A stretch of DNA of 64,000 nucleotides from NCBI GenBank assembly GCA_963739045.1, contig CAVTYY010000011.1:76685-140684 (forward strand), written 5' to 3'. The notes below the pieces were generated by a model. The model did not search any database. It was not told where the DNA came from and saw nothing but the letters and a program-made list of their open reading frames with translations. Position numbers and translations under genes: made by a program. The stretch is from an uncultured Bacillaceae bacterium (GTDB lineage Bacteria > Bacillota > Bacilli > Bacillales > Halobacillaceae). Shown one piece after another: positions 1-11,078 of this stretch; the first letter of the stretch is position 1; every line of letters starts with the position of its first letter.

Positions 1-516
1 AAGCTTTGACATGCTCTGTTTGGTCTTCTCCGTCGGTAATTACGTTTCGAACAATCTCATTTGAGGAATAAAGAGCAATATAGTTCATCATAATGGTCAC
101 AATAACTTCATGAACCCCAAGTTTAGCTTTTAAAATACCGGGAATGAATCCCCAGAACGCGCCAGCTAAGGCACCGGCAAGAATAGCGAGGGGAAGATGT
201 ATGATCATCGGGAGGTCAAAGGAAGTCCCCACCCAGACCGAAGCCAGCCATCCGACGAACACTTGACCTTCTACACCAATATTCAAAAGTCCTGAACGTA
301 GAGCAAACCCAACCGCAAGACCTGAGAGAATATAAGGAGTAACCTGTCTTAAAGTTTCCCCAAAGAAATATAAGTCTCCAAAAGCTCCATTCCATAAAGC
401 TGCATAGCCTGCAACTGGATTATAGCCAAAAGCGAGCATAATAATAGCTCCAGAAAGCAGGCCTAATATTACCGATATAATCGGTATTAGGATGTTCACA
501 GTACGATTCGAAAACA
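1..516 (-). CDS. ABC importer permease (BMP/nucleoside-type system); N-terminal 172 codons only, 3' end lies beyond the window edge
   Basis: Open frame from ATG 514-516 to position 1. MFSNRTVNILIPIISVILGLLSGAIIMLAFGYNPVAGY... is hydrophobic and polytopic like YufP/NupP-type permeases. It begins 2 nt after the ATPase stop. Confidence 0.8.
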
Positions 517-518
517 TA

Positions 519-2045
519 CTATTGTTCCCCCGCCTTCTCTTTTGTATTTCCAGCCATAAGAAGGCCTAATTCCTGCTCATCCGTTTCCTCAGGCTTTTTC
601 TCGGCCACTATTTCACCATCAAACATGACCGCAATTCGGTCGCTTAAATTCATAATTTCATCCAGCTCAAAGGAAATCAGAAGGACGGCTCTGCCTTTAT
701 CCCGTTCCTCAATCAGCTTACTATGAATGAACTCGATCGCACCGACATCAAGCCCGCGTGTAGGCTGAGCTGCGATGATTAAATCCGGAGACCGGTCGAT
801 TTCCCGCCCGATAATAGCTTTTTGCTGATTCCCGCCTGACAGTGCCCGGGCTTTCGTAAATTCATCTGGAGTCCGCACATCGTATTCTGCAATCAGCTCT
901 TTTGCCTTCTTATAAATATTTTTGTAGCTGAGTACACCGTTTTTGGAAAAAGGCTTGTCCTTATAACTTTGAAGAACCATGTTTTCACCAATAGGAAAAT
1001 CCAGAACAAGACCAAATTTGTGACGGTCTTGAGGTATGTGGGATACTCCAGACTTGGTTACTTTACGAGGGTTCAAATTCGTAATTACATTTTCTCTTAA
1101 ATTCACACTTCCAGACTCACTTTTTCTAAGCCCGGTAATGGCTTCGATTAACTCTGTTTGGCCATTCCCATCCACTCCGGCAATACCTACAATCTCGCCA
1201 CTGCGAACATCCAGATTTAATCCTTTCACCATTTCCACGCCGCGAACGTCCTTCACGTGAAGATCTTTTATAGATAAGTAAGTTTCCTTAGGCTGAGCAG
1301 GTGTTTTCTCCGTAGAGAAATTCACTTCTCTTCCTACCATTAATGAAGCAAGTTCAGTTGGATTAGTGTCTTTCACATCCACTGTACCAATTCCTTCACC
1401 TTTCCTGATGACTGTACATCGATCACAAACCTGCATAATTTCTTTAAGCTTGTGAGTGATCAGAATAATCGATTTTCCTTCCCTAACTAACCCCTGCATA
1501 ATTTCTATTAATTCTTTAATTTCTTGAGGAGTTAATACGGCGGTAGGTTCGTCAAATATGAGAATTTCCGCACCGCGGTACAGAGTTTTTAAGATTTCCA
1601 CTCGCTGTTCCATACCTACCGAAATATCGCGGATTTTAGCTTTAGGATCGACATTCAAACCGTAGCGTTCAGATAGCTCTTGAACTTCTTTTTCTGCTTT
1701 CTTAAGATCTACTCTTCCAGCTTTTCTAGGTTCGCTGCCTAAGACAATATTTTCCGTAACAGTAAATGTATCTACCAGCATAAAGTGCTGGTGAACCATC
1801 CCAATACCTAAGTCATTTGCAACATTAGGATCCGTAATGTTCACTTTTTTTCCATTGACTTTTATCTCGCCTCGTTCCGGCTGGTAGAGACCAAATAAAA
1901 CATTCATTAAGGTAGACTTCCCCGCACCATTTTCACCTAACAGGGCATGGATTTCTCCTTTTTTTACTTGCAGCGTAATATTATCATTTGCTACGATACC
2001 TGGAAATTCTTTTCTGATATTCAGCATCTCTATTACGTAATCCAT
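519..2045 (-). CDS. ABC transporter ATP-binding protein with duplicated ATPase domains (sugar/nucleoside importer type, YufO/NupO-like)
   Basis: 508 aa. Two Walker A motifs (GENGAGKST, GVDGNGQT) and two ABC signatures (SVGMEQR, LSGGNQQK). Confidence 0.93.
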   Translation of the reverse strand: MDYVIEMLNIRKEFPGIVANDNITLQVKKGEIHALLGENGAGKSTLMNVLFGLYQPERGEIKVNGKKVNITDPNVANDLGIGMVHQHFMLVDTFTVTENIVLGSEPRKAGRVDLKKAEKEVQELSERYGLNVDPKAKIRDISVGMEQRVEILKTLYRGAEILIFDEPTAVLTPQEIKELIEIMQGLVREGKSIILITHKLKEIMQVCDRCTVIRKGEGIGTVDVKDTNPTELASLMVGREVNFSTEKTPAQPKETYLSIKDLHVKDVRGVEMVKGLNLDVRSGEIVGIAGVDGNGQTELIEAITGLRKSESGSVNLRENVITNLNPRKVTKSGVSHIPQDRHKFGLVLDFPIGENMVLQSYKDKPFSKNGVLSYKNIYKKAKELIAEYDVRTPDEFTKARALSGGNQQKAIIGREIDRSPDLIIAAQPTRGLDVGAIEFIHSKLIEERDKGRAVLLISFELDEIMNLSDRIAVMFDGEIVAEKKPEETDEQELGLLMAGNTKEKAGEQ

Positions 2046-2084
2046 TTTTCCCTCACTCCTTGCTTAGCAGTCTGCTCTTTCCCG

Positions 2085-2136
2085 AAAAAATCATCAAATG
2101 AAGAGGGCCGGATCAAACTCTTCATTTGATGATTTT
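2085..2136 (-). terminator. Strong stem-loop plus T-run between the binding-protein gene and the ATPase gene (intra-operon terminator/attenuator)
   Basis: Perfect inverted repeat aaaatcatcaaatgaagag / ctcttcatttgatgatttt (2087-2105 / 2118-2136) with a 12-nt loop. On the minus strand it is followed by TTTTTT. A second imperfect stem (2149-2178) sits just after the stop codon. Confidence 0.7.
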
Positions 2137-2185
2137 CATATTTAGGGAGAGAAAGGCTGTTTGTTCCCAGCCCTTCTCAATAAAA

Positions 2186-3304
2186 TTATAGTGATTTTTG
2201 GAATTTATCCAGTTCATCGTGAGTACTAGGAACTTCTATATCACCATTAACAATTTTCTCTTTCCACTTATCTACAGCAGAAAGAATGTCATCTGTAAGA
2301 GCTTCCTTATTTGTACGAGCAATACTGATTGCATCGTCATCTAAACCATATTCAAGAACTTTGCCCCCTGGGAAATTGCCTTCCATAGCCTGGTTAGCAA
2401 CATCTTGAACCGCAACGTCCACACGCTTAACCATAGAAGTTAAAGTAACGTTGTTATCCCCAATTTGTCCCTCATCATATTGGTCACGGTCCACTCCGAT
2501 AACCCATACATCTTTATCTGGATTATTTTTCTTAATATCTTTCGCTTGGGAGAATACTCCGTTACCAGTTGCACCAGAAGCGTGATAAATAACATCAATG
2601 CCTTTGGAATACATGCTGGAAGCAATTAATTTACCTTTATCTGCTGCCGCAAAGCTTCCTGCATATTGTACATCTACATCAATATCAGGATTGACAGATT
2701 TAACACCAGCTACATAGCCCGCTTCAAATTTGTTAATTAAATCTCCATCTACACCGCCGACAAAGCCGACTTTGTTAGATTTCGTTTTCATAGCAGCTAC
2801 AACACCTGCAAGGAATGAACCCTGGTGTTCTTTAAAAGTAATACTTGCAATGTTATCGCTTTTCTTAGCAACTGAGTCAACAATACTGAAATTTGTATCT
2901 GGGTATTGAGAAGCTACTTTCTCGATAGCAGGCTGCAATTTATAGCCAATACCGAAGATAAGGTTATAGTCTTCACGAACAAGACGGTTCAGGTTTGTCG
3001 TGTAATCGGCATCGCTCTCTGACTGAGAATAATCAAACCCTTTCCCTTTTTCCATATCCTGCTCTTTACCAAATGCCTGCAAGCCTTCCCAAGCAGATTG
3101 GTTAAAGGATTTGTCATCGACTCCTCCAACGTCCGTTACCATACCAACTGAGAAATCGCTATTGCCTTCTGAAGAGTTACCGTCGCTGCCAGATCCTTCA
3201 CTATCACTGCCTGATTTACTTTCATCGGACGATCCGCAAGCGCCTAATACCATACCAATAGCTAATAAAAGTGCAAACAAAACTAAAAACCGACTTTTCT
3301 TCAA
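2186..3304 (-). CDS. BMP-family (Med/PnrA-like) substrate-binding lipoprotein of the ABC importer
   Basis: 372 aa. Signal peptide with lipobox LGAC, then an S/G/D/E-rich linker and a BMP-type periplasmic binding domain. TTG start 8 nt after GGGGGT. Confidence 0.9.
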   Translation of the reverse strand: MKKSRFLVLFALLLAIGMVLGACGSSDESKSGSDSEGSGSDGNSSEGNSDFSVGMVTDVGGVDDKSFNQSAWEGLQAFGKEQDMEKGKGFDYSQSESDADYTTNLNRLVREDYNLIFGIGYKLQPAIEKVASQYPDTNFSIVDSVAKKSDNIASITFKEHQGSFLAGVVAAMKTKSNKVGFVGGVDGDLINKFEAGYVAGVKSVNPDIDVDVQYAGSFAAADKGKLIASSMYSKGIDVIYHASGATGNGVFSQAKDIKKNNPDKDVWVIGVDRDQYDEGQIGDNNVTLTSMVKRVDVAVQDVANQAMEGNFPGGKVLEYGLDDDAISIARTNKEALTDDILSAVDKWKEKIVNGDIEVPSTHDELDKFQKSL

Positions 3305-3423
3305 ATTAATTACCCCCTAATTTGTTAAGTATTGCAAAAATTCCATTTAAAAATAGAGTTCACGCCTCGCGGGAAGCCTCACCTCCTTCAAATGTCCTAA
3401 TTAGTACATACAATTGTAAGCCC

Positions 3424-4158
3424 TTACACTCTTTTTCGCAAAACATGAAAGCTGAACTTGTCTGCTCTAAAGTAGTTCGAAGACAAGAGCATAGGTTCAT
3501 CATCCTGGGAATAATGCATTTGTCTTAACAAGAGTAAAGCTTGATCCGGTTCACTTTTAAGAATAGGAGAAATCCGTTCATGATAGCCAATGGGTTCTAT
3601 GTGAGTTACTGCATAGCTGATCGACTTTCCAGTAAATTCCTCCAGAATTCCAAACATAGAATCCGCTTCTCTTACTTTGTTTAAAGGAATTAATCCTTCT
3701 GGCAGCTTGTCTACACAATAAACTACCGGCTGATCATCGGCGGTTCTTACCCTTTCTACCTTTGCTAAGCTATGTATTTCGAAAGGCAGGAACCGCTTCC
3801 GCTCTTCTTCCGTCGGTTCAATAAGTTCCGCAGATAAATATTGAGAACCAGGCGTCATTCCAGATTTGGCAATCATACCGGTTACGCTATCCAGCTCTTC
3901 TATCCCGGAGGTGAATACGGGTTTCGGATTCACAAACGTACCTACTCCGTGCCTTCGTGTTACAATGCTTTCTTCTTCAAGAATTCTTAACGCCTCTCTC
4001 AGCGTTGCTCTTGAGACTCCTAAAGATTTTGAAAGCTGAAATTCGGAGGGTAATTTTTCTTTTTCTACATAGATACCGTTTTCAATATCTCGTTTAATCT
4101 GTTCGATCACCTGTAAATACAGGTGCCTGGTATCTTGTCTAATCGACATAACCTTCAC
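3424..4158 (-). CDS. GntR/HutC-family transcriptional regulator (winged helix plus UTRA-type effector domain)
   Basis: 244 aa. N-terminal [28 protein letters not shown] motif. It occupies the position of B. subtilis ymfC downstream of spoIIIE. Confidence 0.9.
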   Translation of the reverse strand: MKVMSIRQDTRHLYLQVIEQIKRDIENGIYVEKEKLPSEFQLSKSLGVSRATLREALRILEEESIVTRRHGVGTFVNPKPVFTSGIEELDSVTGMIAKSGMTPGSQYLSAELIEPTEEERKRFLPFEIHSLAKVERVRTADDQPVVYCVDKLPEGLIPLNKVREADSMFGILEEFTGKSISYAVTHIEPIGYHERISPILKSEPDQALLLLRQMHYSQDDEPMLLSSNYFRADKFSFHVLRKRV

Positions 4159-4316
4159 TCCAAGTCTATTAGCCTATAAGTAAGAGATCTGACCTCTGAC
4201 GTTCGACACATCATATTCTTGAACAATATAACACTTTTCTGTTAATAAATAAATAGAAATAGGACATTTTTATCCGTACTTGTTGATAACTATTAACTTA
4301 GATTATTTTTAATATT

Positions 4317-4346
4317 AAAAAAAAGCCACTCAATGAGTGGCTTTTA
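4317..4346 (-). terminator. Rho-independent terminator after ftsK/spoIIIE (bidirectional shape)
   Basis: Stem gccactc / gagtggc (4325-4331 / 4335-4341), extended by A:T pairs, with A8 and T4 flanks. It lies immediately 3' of the stop at 4348. Confidence 0.85.
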
Positions 4347-4347
4347 A

Positions 4348-6636
4348 TTAAGAGGGAGATTCTTCGGATACTTGGGAAACTAAAACATTTCTCGGTTTAC
4401 TTCCTTCATAAGGACCGACAATCCCATTATCCTCCATGGCATCAATTAGTCTGGCTGCTCGAGTATAGCCGACCCTGAACCTCCGTTGGATCATCGATAC
4501 ACTGGCACTTTGCATGTCTATGACCATTTCGACTGCCTCCGGATACAACTCATCATCCACCTCTTGTTTTACTTCATTTTCTTCTTCTGGAATCATTTCG
4601 TCCTGGTATTGAGCCTTCTGCTGCTCTACGCAGAAATCTACCACTCTCTCCACTTCTTCATCCGAAAGAAAAGCTCCCTGCACTCGTGTAGGTTTACTTG
4701 AACCTACTGGAGTGAAGAGCATATCCCCCCGTCCTAACAACTTCTCTGCTCCTCCAGAATCCAAGATCGTTCTTGAATCTGTCTGAGAAGATACACTAAA
4801 GGCAATTCTTGATGGGATATTGGCTTTAATTACACCCGTGATTACATCTACAGAAGGACGCTGGGTGGCAATTATTAAATGGATTCCTGCAGCACGTGCC
4901 ATTTGAGCAAGCCGGGTGATGGCGTCCTCTACGTCATTTGAAGCTACCATCATTAAGTCTGCCAGTTCATCAACCAGCACCACAATGTAAGGCAGCTGAG
5001 GCTGAGCATCTTCATGATCAGAGTTGTATTTCTTTACATACTCATTGTAGCCTTCTATGTTTCTTGTCCCTGTGTCGGAAAATAAATCATACCGACGTTC
5101 CATTTCTGAAACAACTTTCTTCAAAGCCCTAGACGCTTTTTTTGGATCGGTAACTACAGGAGCAAGCAAATGAGGTATCCCATTATAGACATTCAGCTCT
5201 ACTTTTTTCGGATCAATCATCATCATCTTTACTTCGTGAGGTTTGGCTCTCATGAGAATACTGGTTATGATCCCATTAATACAAACACTTTTTCCGCTTC
5301 CAGTTGCTCCCGCCACAAGTAAGTGAGGCATTTTGTTTAACTCCGCCATGACCGCTTCTCCGGAAATATCACGGCCAAGTGCAAAACTCAGCTTTGCTTC
5401 CGGTTTTGCTTTTCCTGTTTCTAATACTTCTCTTAGAGAAACCATGGATACTTCCTGATTCGGTACTTCAATTCCTACGGCCGACTTACCGGGAATTGGG
5501 GCTTCAATCCGAATATCTTTTGCGGCAAGGGCTAAAGCTAAGTCATCATTTAAATTTACAATTTTGCTTACTTTAACTCCTACATCAGGATACACCTCAT
5601 ACTTGGTGACTGCTGGACCCACATGTACTTTCGTCACTTTTGCTTTCACTCCAAAGCTTTGGAAAGTTTTTTCAAGTTTTCTTACAGTGGCTTGAATGTG
5701 AGATCGTCCCTGACTTTGCGGATTAGAGACTGGCTCATCTAATAGATCAAATCCTGGAAGTTTATAATCGACATTTTCCAGTTCTGCTGTCGGCATCGAT
5801 TTCTCTAACTCAGGCTCTTCTTCCTCTACCTTACCAGTGGTTGACTTAGGTTGCTGCGGATCATCTTGTTGATAGGCATGATCTGTGAAATCCTGAATGA
5901 TTGGCTCTGCAGCTTCCTCTTCCTCTGAACTTTCACTGCCTATTTCATAGACGGTTGTTTCCTCTTCCGGCGTGACATCAATGCGCTTAGATTTACTTTG
6001 CGATTTCTTTTTATCCTGGACACGTTCTGCCTGCTGGCGGCTGATGGATTTGATTGCAGATCCTGCTTTCACCATGACTTCACCAATGGACCACTCGCTC
6101 AGGAATAAAACACCTACCAAAAATAAGAAAAAGGAAACGATCGCTGCCCCGACACCCGAGAATAAGTAATAAGTGATAAAAAGTAAAAATGCTCCCGATA
6201 GACCGCCGCCAATACTATAGAACGTCGTGGTTCCTCTCATCATACCGGCTAACCGGTCCCATGTAAGTGCTACAATCGAGCCTTGTCCGGATGCTAACTC
6301 ATCTCCTAATGTTTCTAAATGAGTAAATAGAAGCAGGGCAGTAAAAATAATGTACATTCCTATTAAACGTTTATGTAAAAACATTGGCCACTTTCTTTTG
6401 ATCATCAAATAAAGACCTAGTACAAACAGAAATAGAGAAGGAACAAAGTACCAAACTCCAAAGATCACTTGCCAGATTCGCTCCAGACCACCTGGAACGG
6501 CTCCATCACTAATGGCTGAGGCGCCACTTCCAAATACCGATAAAAACAGGAAAAATAGTCCTGCAAGCTCAAATTTTATTTGTTGTTTTAGCCCGGCCTG
6601 CTTTTTCTTTGCATTTGCCTTCTTTTTTCTGGCCAT
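4348..6636 (-). CDS. spoIIIE: DNA translocase FtsK/SpoIIIE
   Basis: 762 aa. N-terminal TM helices, an acidic linker, a motor domain with Walker A GATGSGKS, and a C-terminal gamma winged helix ([30 protein letters not shown]). The symbol is assigned by synteny with tepA-ylzJ. Confidence 0.95.
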   Translation of the reverse strand: MARKKKANAKKKQAGLKQQIKFELAGLFFLFLSVFGSGASAISDGAVPGGLERIWQVIFGVWYFVPSLFLFVLGLYLMIKRKWPMFLHKRLIGMYIIFTALLLFTHLETLGDELASGQGSIVALTWDRLAGMMRGTTTFYSIGGGLSGAFLLFITYYLFSGVGAAIVSFFLFLVGVLFLSEWSIGEVMVKAGSAIKSISRQQAERVQDKKKSQSKSKRIDVTPEEETTVYEIGSESSEEEEAAEPIIQDFTDHAYQQDDPQQPKSTTGKVEEEEPELEKSMPTAELENVDYKLPGFDLLDEPVSNPQSQGRSHIQATVRKLEKTFQSFGVKAKVTKVHVGPAVTKYEVYPDVGVKVSKIVNLNDDLALALAAKDIRIEAPIPGKSAVGIEVPNQEVSMVSLREVLETGKAKPEAKLSFALGRDISGEAVMAELNKMPHLLVAGATGSGKSVCINGIITSILMRAKPHEVKMMMIDPKKVELNVYNGIPHLLAPVVTDPKKASRALKKVVSEMERRYDLFSDTGTRNIEGYNEYVKKYNSDHEDAQPQLPYIVVLVDELADLMMVASNDVEDAITRLAQMARAAGIHLIIATQRPSVDVITGVIKANIPSRIAFSVSSQTDSRTILDSGGAEKLLGRGDMLFTPVGSSKPTRVQGAFLSDEEVERVVDFCVEQQKAQYQDEMIPEEENEVKQEVDDELYPEAVEMVIDMQSASVSMIQRRFRVGYTRAARLIDAMEDNGIVGPYEGSKPRNVLVSQVSEESPS

Positions 6637-6656
6637 CTAGACACCTCCCCTAGTGA

Positions 6657-6723
6657 ATGGAAAAGAACAGGATGCCGAATGTTTCTCTATTGGATCAATA
6701 GAAGAAAACGATACGGCATCCTG
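6657..6723 (-). terminator. Long imperfect hairpin plus T-rich tail after ylzJ, upstream of the ftsK ribosome-binding site
   Basis: 10-bp outer stem caggatgccg / cggcatcctg (6668-6677 / 6714-6723) and an inner stem tctattg / caataga. On the minus strand it is followed by TTCTTTTCC. Confidence 0.5.
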
Positions 6724-6769
6724 ACTTTCCATTATTCCTTTACCTATTATACCACAGGGAGAAGCTTCG

Positions 6770-6976
6770 TTACGAGTCCAACCATTGTCCTGGTTGAAGA
6801 GCAGGATCCATATAATCAGCCGGATCCGTAGATAGAAGCTGTACGATCTGTTTTTTACCATTTCCAAGTTCCAGGCACTTCATCGGTTTATTCCTGTACT
6901 GATGATAGACGATTTTTTCGTCTTCTTTAGATCTGGGAAAGATATCATATTCGCTGAGTGGAGTATAGTGGATCAT
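6770..6976 (-). CDS. ylzJ: YlzJ-like small protein
   Basis: 68 aa. Its start overlaps the tepA stop (ATGA), and it has the same position and size as B. subtilis ylzJ. Confidence 0.75.
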   Translation of the reverse strand: MIHYTPLSEYDIFPRSKEDEKIVYHQYRNKPMKCLELGNGKKQIVQLLSTDPADYMDPALQPGQWLDS

Positions 6977-7695
6977 TGGACCACCTTCTGTTCTTCTGGT
7001 CCTTTTCTTTGTTCAATCATTTCATTTAATTTCAACATAGCTTCCTTTACCCCGCCAACCGCATCAATCAGCCCGTAATCTACAGCATCCTGGCCAACGA
7101 CGTTTGTTCCGATATCACGAGTTAAGTTTCCTCTGGCAAACATGAGCTCCTTAAATTTCTCTTCTTCGATATTGGAATGGCTCGTCACAAAATTGACGAC
7201 ACGATCCTGCATCTTATCCATATACTCGAACGTTTGCGGAACTCCAATGACCAGACCCGTCAGCCGAATGGGATGGATCGTCATCGTAGCAGTCTCCGTA
7301 ATAAAGGAGTAATTGGAAGCTACGGCAATAGGAACACCAATGGAATGTCCGCCTCCCAGCACTATGGAAACGGATGGTTTAGATAAAGAAGTAATCATTT
7401 CAGAGATGGCAAGACCTGCTTCCACATCTCCTCCTACTGTATTTAGGAGTACCACTAAACCTTCTATTTTAGGGTTCTGTTCAATCGCAATTAACTGTGG
7501 AAGAAGGTGTTCGTATTTCGTTGTTTTGTTTTGTGCAGGCAGTTGAACATGTCCTTCCACCTGGCCGATAATCGGCAGTACGTGAATATTTGAATCCGCC
7601 GGCTGTGGTACGTTGCTCTGACCAAGCTGCTGAATTTTATCTACAATAGAGGATTTAGACTGATCCTGTTCTTTTTCTTCTTGAGATTCTTTCAT
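6973..7695 (-). CDS. tepA: ClpP-family serine protease, translocation-enhancing protein TepA-like
   Basis: ClpP/crotonase-type core ([17 protein letters not shown]...GGGHSIG). Start placed at MKESQEE (ATG 7695), 7 nt after AAAGGAG. The ORF-track extension to 7788 has no ribosome-binding site. Confidence 0.88.
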   Translation of the reverse strand: MKESQEEKEQDQSKSSIVDKIQQLGQSNVPQPADSNIHVLPIIGQVEGHVQLPAQNKTTKYEHLLPQLIAIEQNPKIEGLVVLLNTVGGDVEAGLAISEMITSLSKPSVSIVLGGGHSIGVPIAVASNYSFITETATMTIHPIRLTGLVIGVPQTFEYMDKMQDRVVNFVTSHSNIEEEKFKELMFARGNLTRDIGTNVVGQDAVDYGLIDAVGGVKEAMLKLNEMIEQRKGPEEQKVVQ

Positions 7696-7753
7696 CGATG
7701 GAGCTCCTTTCAATCTTTTCCCGTAGTATGGTTCAGGAAAGGAGCAATCATAC

Positions 7754-7785
7754 AAAAAAACCGGCAAGGATCTGGTCCCTGCCGG
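7754..7785 (-). terminator. Rho-independent terminator after dapA
   Basis: 10-bp stem ccggcaagga / tccctgccgg (one G-U pair in the minus-strand RNA), followed by T7. Confidence 0.8.
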
Positions 7786-7795
7786 CAAATTTCTA

Positions 7796-8665
7796 TTACA
7801 ATTGATCCATCAAGTGCTGAATATATGTTCTCTCTTCCTTAGTTAAAGGGAGCAAGGGAAGTCTGAAACCACCTGTATCCAGTCCTTTCATTTGTAAAGC
7901 TGTTTTCACCGGAGTCGGAGAAGGAGCACTGAACATTCCATTTAAAACCGGAATTAATTGTCGATGAATGCGAGCCGCTTCTTTTACTTTACCTTCGTCA
8001 AATAAACGAAGCATTTGCTGCATTTCATTTCCGATAACATGGGCAGACACAGAAACAATTCCGTTTGAACCTACCGCATAGGAAGGAAGCGTTAAGTTGT
8101 CATCTCCACTGTAAAGGCTGAAACCTTCTTCCGCTGCTTCAATAATCTCAGCCATCGCATCTAAATCTCCAGTAGCTTCTTTAACAGAAACAATATTTTC
8201 AATTTTGGACAACTCTATAATGGTTTCCGGATCAAGACGTACCGCTGATCTTCCGGGTACATTATAAATCATAACCGGTACCTTTACGGAATCTGCAACG
8301 GCTTTAAAGTGAGCGTACAAGCCTCTTTGATTGGGCTTATTATAATAAGGAGCCACAATCATTACAGCATCGACGCCTGTATCCGCTGCTTTCCTAGACA
8401 GCTCAATTGTTGCCTGAGTATCATTGCTCCCTGAGCCGGCAATGACAGGCACACGGCCGTTCACAACTTTTACAACGTGTGCCCATAATGCGATCTTCTC
8501 TTCTGCAGATAACGTTGGTGATTCTCCTGTTGTTCCTGCTACGACGAGTCCGTCTGAACCATTATCGAGCAGGTATTCTACTAAGGTAGTGGTTTTTTCT
8601 AGGTCAAGATTTCCATGGCTGTCAAAAGGGGTAACCATAGCTGTTAATACTTTCCCGAAATTCAC
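7796..8665 (-). CDS. dapA: 4-hydroxy-tetrahydrodipicolinate synthase
   Basis: [11 protein letters not shown]...[13 protein letters not shown] motifs. GTG start at 8665 preceded by AAAGGGGAG gives 289 aa. The ORF-track extension to 8761 overlaps dapG. Confidence 0.95.
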   Translation of the reverse strand: MNFGKVLTAMVTPFDSHGNLDLEKTTTLVEYLLDNGSDGLVVAGTTGESPTLSAEEKIALWAHVVKVVNGRVPVIAGSGSNDTQATIELSRKAADTGVDAVMIVAPYYNKPNQRGLYAHFKAVADSVKVPVMIYNVPGRSAVRLDPETIIELSKIENIVSVKEATGDLDAMAEIIEAAEEGFSLYSGDDNLTLPSYAVGSNGIVSVSAHVIGNEMQQMLRLFDEGKVKEAARIHRQLIPVLNGMFSAPSPTPVKTALQMKGLDTGGFRLPLLPLTKEERTYIQHLMDQL

Positions 8666-8679
8666 GTTTTTCTCCCCTT

Positions 8680-9900
8680 TCACTCTACTGCGTTTAATTG
8701 AAATATATCGTGCAGAGCATTTACGGCCTGCACTAAATCTGCTTCTTTTATTAATACCCAAATGGTGGTATGTGAGTCAGCAGACTGCAAAATTTGCACG
8801 CCTGCATCTGTTAACGTCTGTACAATTCTTGCGGTAACCCCAGGTACTCCAGTGATACCGGCACCGACTGTGGAAACCTTTGCACATTGACCTCTCACTT
8901 CAGGTTTATACCCAAGGGCCTCGAGAATTTCTACAGCTTTTGGTGTAAATATATCATCGATGGTATAGATAACCCCGCTCGGTGAAATGTTAATAAAGTC
9001 CACAGAAATATTGGCTTCAGCCATGGATTTAAAAACATCCGACTGAAGCTTGCTGGGATCTTCTTTGGATTGGACCTTAATTTGAGTCAGTCCGGACATA
9101 TGGGCAATCCCAGTAACGAGGCGGTCTGGAACATCATTCCCTGCTTCTCCTTCACTGGATGCGGAAACAAGAGTTCCGGGTAAATCGGAATAAGTCGACC
9201 TTACCCGGATAGGTACTTGAGCATGCATGGCAATCTCAACTGCCCGCGGATGAATTACTTTCGCCCCCTGATAGGCCATGTTGCAAATTTCATTATAAGT
9301 GACTGCATTTAACGCCCGAGCAGATTCAACTAAACGCGGATCTGCTGTCATAATTCCGTCTACATCAGTAAATATGTCGATGAATTCAGCGTTTAAGGCC
9401 GCTCCTAATGCAGCTGCCGTGGTATCACTGCCGCCTCTTCCTATGGTAGTCGTTTCTAAATTTTCGGTTCTTCCTTGAAAACCTGCCACTACCACCACAT
9501 CATGGGTTTCTAGCTCAGATAATACTCTGGATGGGTCCATACGCAGAATCTTAGCTTTCGTGAAATCCTGATTTGTTAAGAATCCAGCTTGAGCCCCTGT
9601 TAAAGCAGCTGAAGAGATTCCTTCTCTAAGCAGTTCATGGGAAAAGACGACAGAAGAAATGGTTTCGCCGCAGGACATTAACATATCCTGTTCCCTTCCT
9701 GATATTTGGCTGTTTGGAAAATCGACGAGTCCCAGCAGAGAATCCGTAGCATAAGGATCACCATTTCGTCCCATTGCAGAAACAGCTGCAACTACTTTAT
9801 AACCTTCGTTAATTGCATTTTTAATATGAGAAATCGCTCTCGCACGGCCCTCGCTGTCCCGCACCGACGTTCCTCCGAATTTTTGAACGAGTAACTTCAT
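8680..9900 (-). CDS. dapG: Aspartate kinase (DapG-type aspartokinase I)
   Basis: 406 aa. KFGGTSV kinase N-terminus and C-terminal ACT domains. Part of the asd-dapG-dapA arrangement. Confidence 0.93.
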   Translation of the reverse strand: MKLLVQKFGGTSVRDSEGRARAISHIKNAINEGYKVVAAVSAMGRNGDPYATDSLLGLVDFPNSQISGREQDMLMSCGETISSVVFSHELLREGISSAALTGAQAGFLTNQDFTKAKILRMDPSRVLSELETHDVVVVAGFQGRTENLETTTIGRGGSDTTAAALGAALNAEFIDIFTDVDGIMTADPRLVESARALNAVTYNEICNMAYQGAKVIHPRAVEIAMHAQVPIRVRSTYSDLPGTLVSASSEGEAGNDVPDRLVTGIAHMSGLTQIKVQSKEDPSKLQSDVFKSMAEANISVDFINISPSGVIYTIDDIFTPKAVEILEALGYKPEVRGQCAKVSTVGAGITGVPGVTARIVQTLTDAGVQILQSADSHTTIWVLIKEADLVQAVNALHDIFQLNAVE

Positions 9901-9924
9901 TTATACACCTCAACCTATTAAAGA

Positions 9925-10971
9925 TTACAGCCACTGATTGGCAATAAGACGTTCAGCGATCTGAACAGAATTCCAAGCGGCTCCTTTTAATAGATTATCA
10001 GAAACCACCCAAAGATGGAATCCATTCTCATGGTCCAGGTCTTTACGAATACGACCGACAAACACATCTTTCTTCTCTGCCGCATCGAGCGGTGTTGGAT
10101 ATGTTTGAGTGGCTGGGTCATCTTGCAAGACGATACCAGGAGCATGGTCCATTAACTTCTTGATTTCTTCTACCGTAACTCCTGCTTGATCAACTTCCAC
10201 ATACACGCTCTCTGCATGAGAAGTAAAAAAAGGCAGACGAACACAAGTTGCCGCAACATGAAGTTCTGGAGAGTGCATAATTTTCTTTGTTTCGTTAATC
10301 ATTTTCATTTCTTCAAAGGTGTAGCCATTCTCTTGAAATACATCAATCTGCGGAAGAGCATTAAACGCAATCGGATAATGCTTATTTTCTCCCTTAACAG
10401 GCAGTAAATTCGCCTCAAGCTCTTCCCCATTTAAAAATGCCTGAGACTGTTCGCGTAATTCATTCGCAGCTTCATTTCCAGCTCCGGAAACTGCTTGATA
10501 AGTAGATACGATTACACGGCTGATTCCGAGAGCATTCTTAACAGGCTCAAGTGCAGCTACCATTTGAATAGTGGAGCAGTTCGGATTGGCAATGATCCCT
10601 TTATGATTTTGAATGTCCGCTTCATTAACTTCAGGTACAACTAGAGGGACATCCTCAGCCATACGATACGCGCTCGTATTGTCGATTACAACAGCTCCAC
10701 GTTTTACAGCTTCAGGAGCAAATTTCTTAGAAACGGATCCTCCTGCAGAAAATAGTGCTATATGAATATTATCAAAACTCTCTGGAACAGCCTCTTCTAC
10801 TGTGTATTCAGTTCCCTTAAAAGAAACTTTCTTACCAGCAGATCGGCTGGAAGAGAGAAGCTTCAGCTGATTAATAGGAAAATTTCGATCTTCAAGCGTT
10901 TCCAGCATTTTTTGTCCAACAGCTCCAGTGGCGCCAACCACGGCAACATTGTACGTACTCGTATGACTCAT
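9925..10971 (-). CDS. asd: Aspartate-semialdehyde dehydrogenase
   Basis: [15 protein letters not shown]-binding motif and active-site [11 protein letters not shown] at 10971 lies 7 nt after AAGGGGA. Confidence 0.95.
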   Translation of the reverse strand: MSHTSTYNVAVVGATGAVGQKMLETLEDRNFPINQLKLLSSSRSAGKKVSFKGTEYTVEEAVPESFDNIHIALFSAGGSVSKKFAPEAVKRGAVVIDNTSAYRMAEDVPLVVPEVNEADIQNHKGIIANPNCSTIQMVAALEPVKNALGISRVIVSTYQAVSGAGNEAANELREQSQAFLNGEELEANLLPVKGENKHYPIAFNALPQIDVFQENGYTFEEMKMINETKKIMHSPELHVAATCVRLPFFTSHAESVYVEVDQAGVTVEEIKKLMDHAPGIVLQDDPATQTYPTPLDAAEKKDVFVGRIRKDLDHENGFHLWVVSDNLLKGAAWNSVQIAERLIANQWL

Positions 10972-11078
10972 AATAGGATCCCCTTTCCCGTTTAATCTCA
11001 AGTAACTATATAGTAAAACGAGTCACTATTTTGCTATTTTATCATATTTAAAGGGTGATCTGGTAAGAAAAACTCGAA

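Noticed and set aside
6637-6867. 76-aa minus-strand ORF spanning the ylzJ 3' end and the ylzJ-ftsK spacer.
   Set aside because: It overlaps ylzJ out of frame, runs through the terminator hairpin (6668-6723), and has no ribosome-binding site or recognisable motif.
7561-7575. GCCGATAA on the plus strand, resembling the sigma-D -10 box. I also searched generally for sigma-D promoters (TAAA-N15-GCCGATAT) upstream of sigD, swrB and flgE.
   Set aside because: The match is antisense inside tepA with no TAAA at the correct spacing. No convincing minus-strand sigma-D promoter was found by eye elsewhere.
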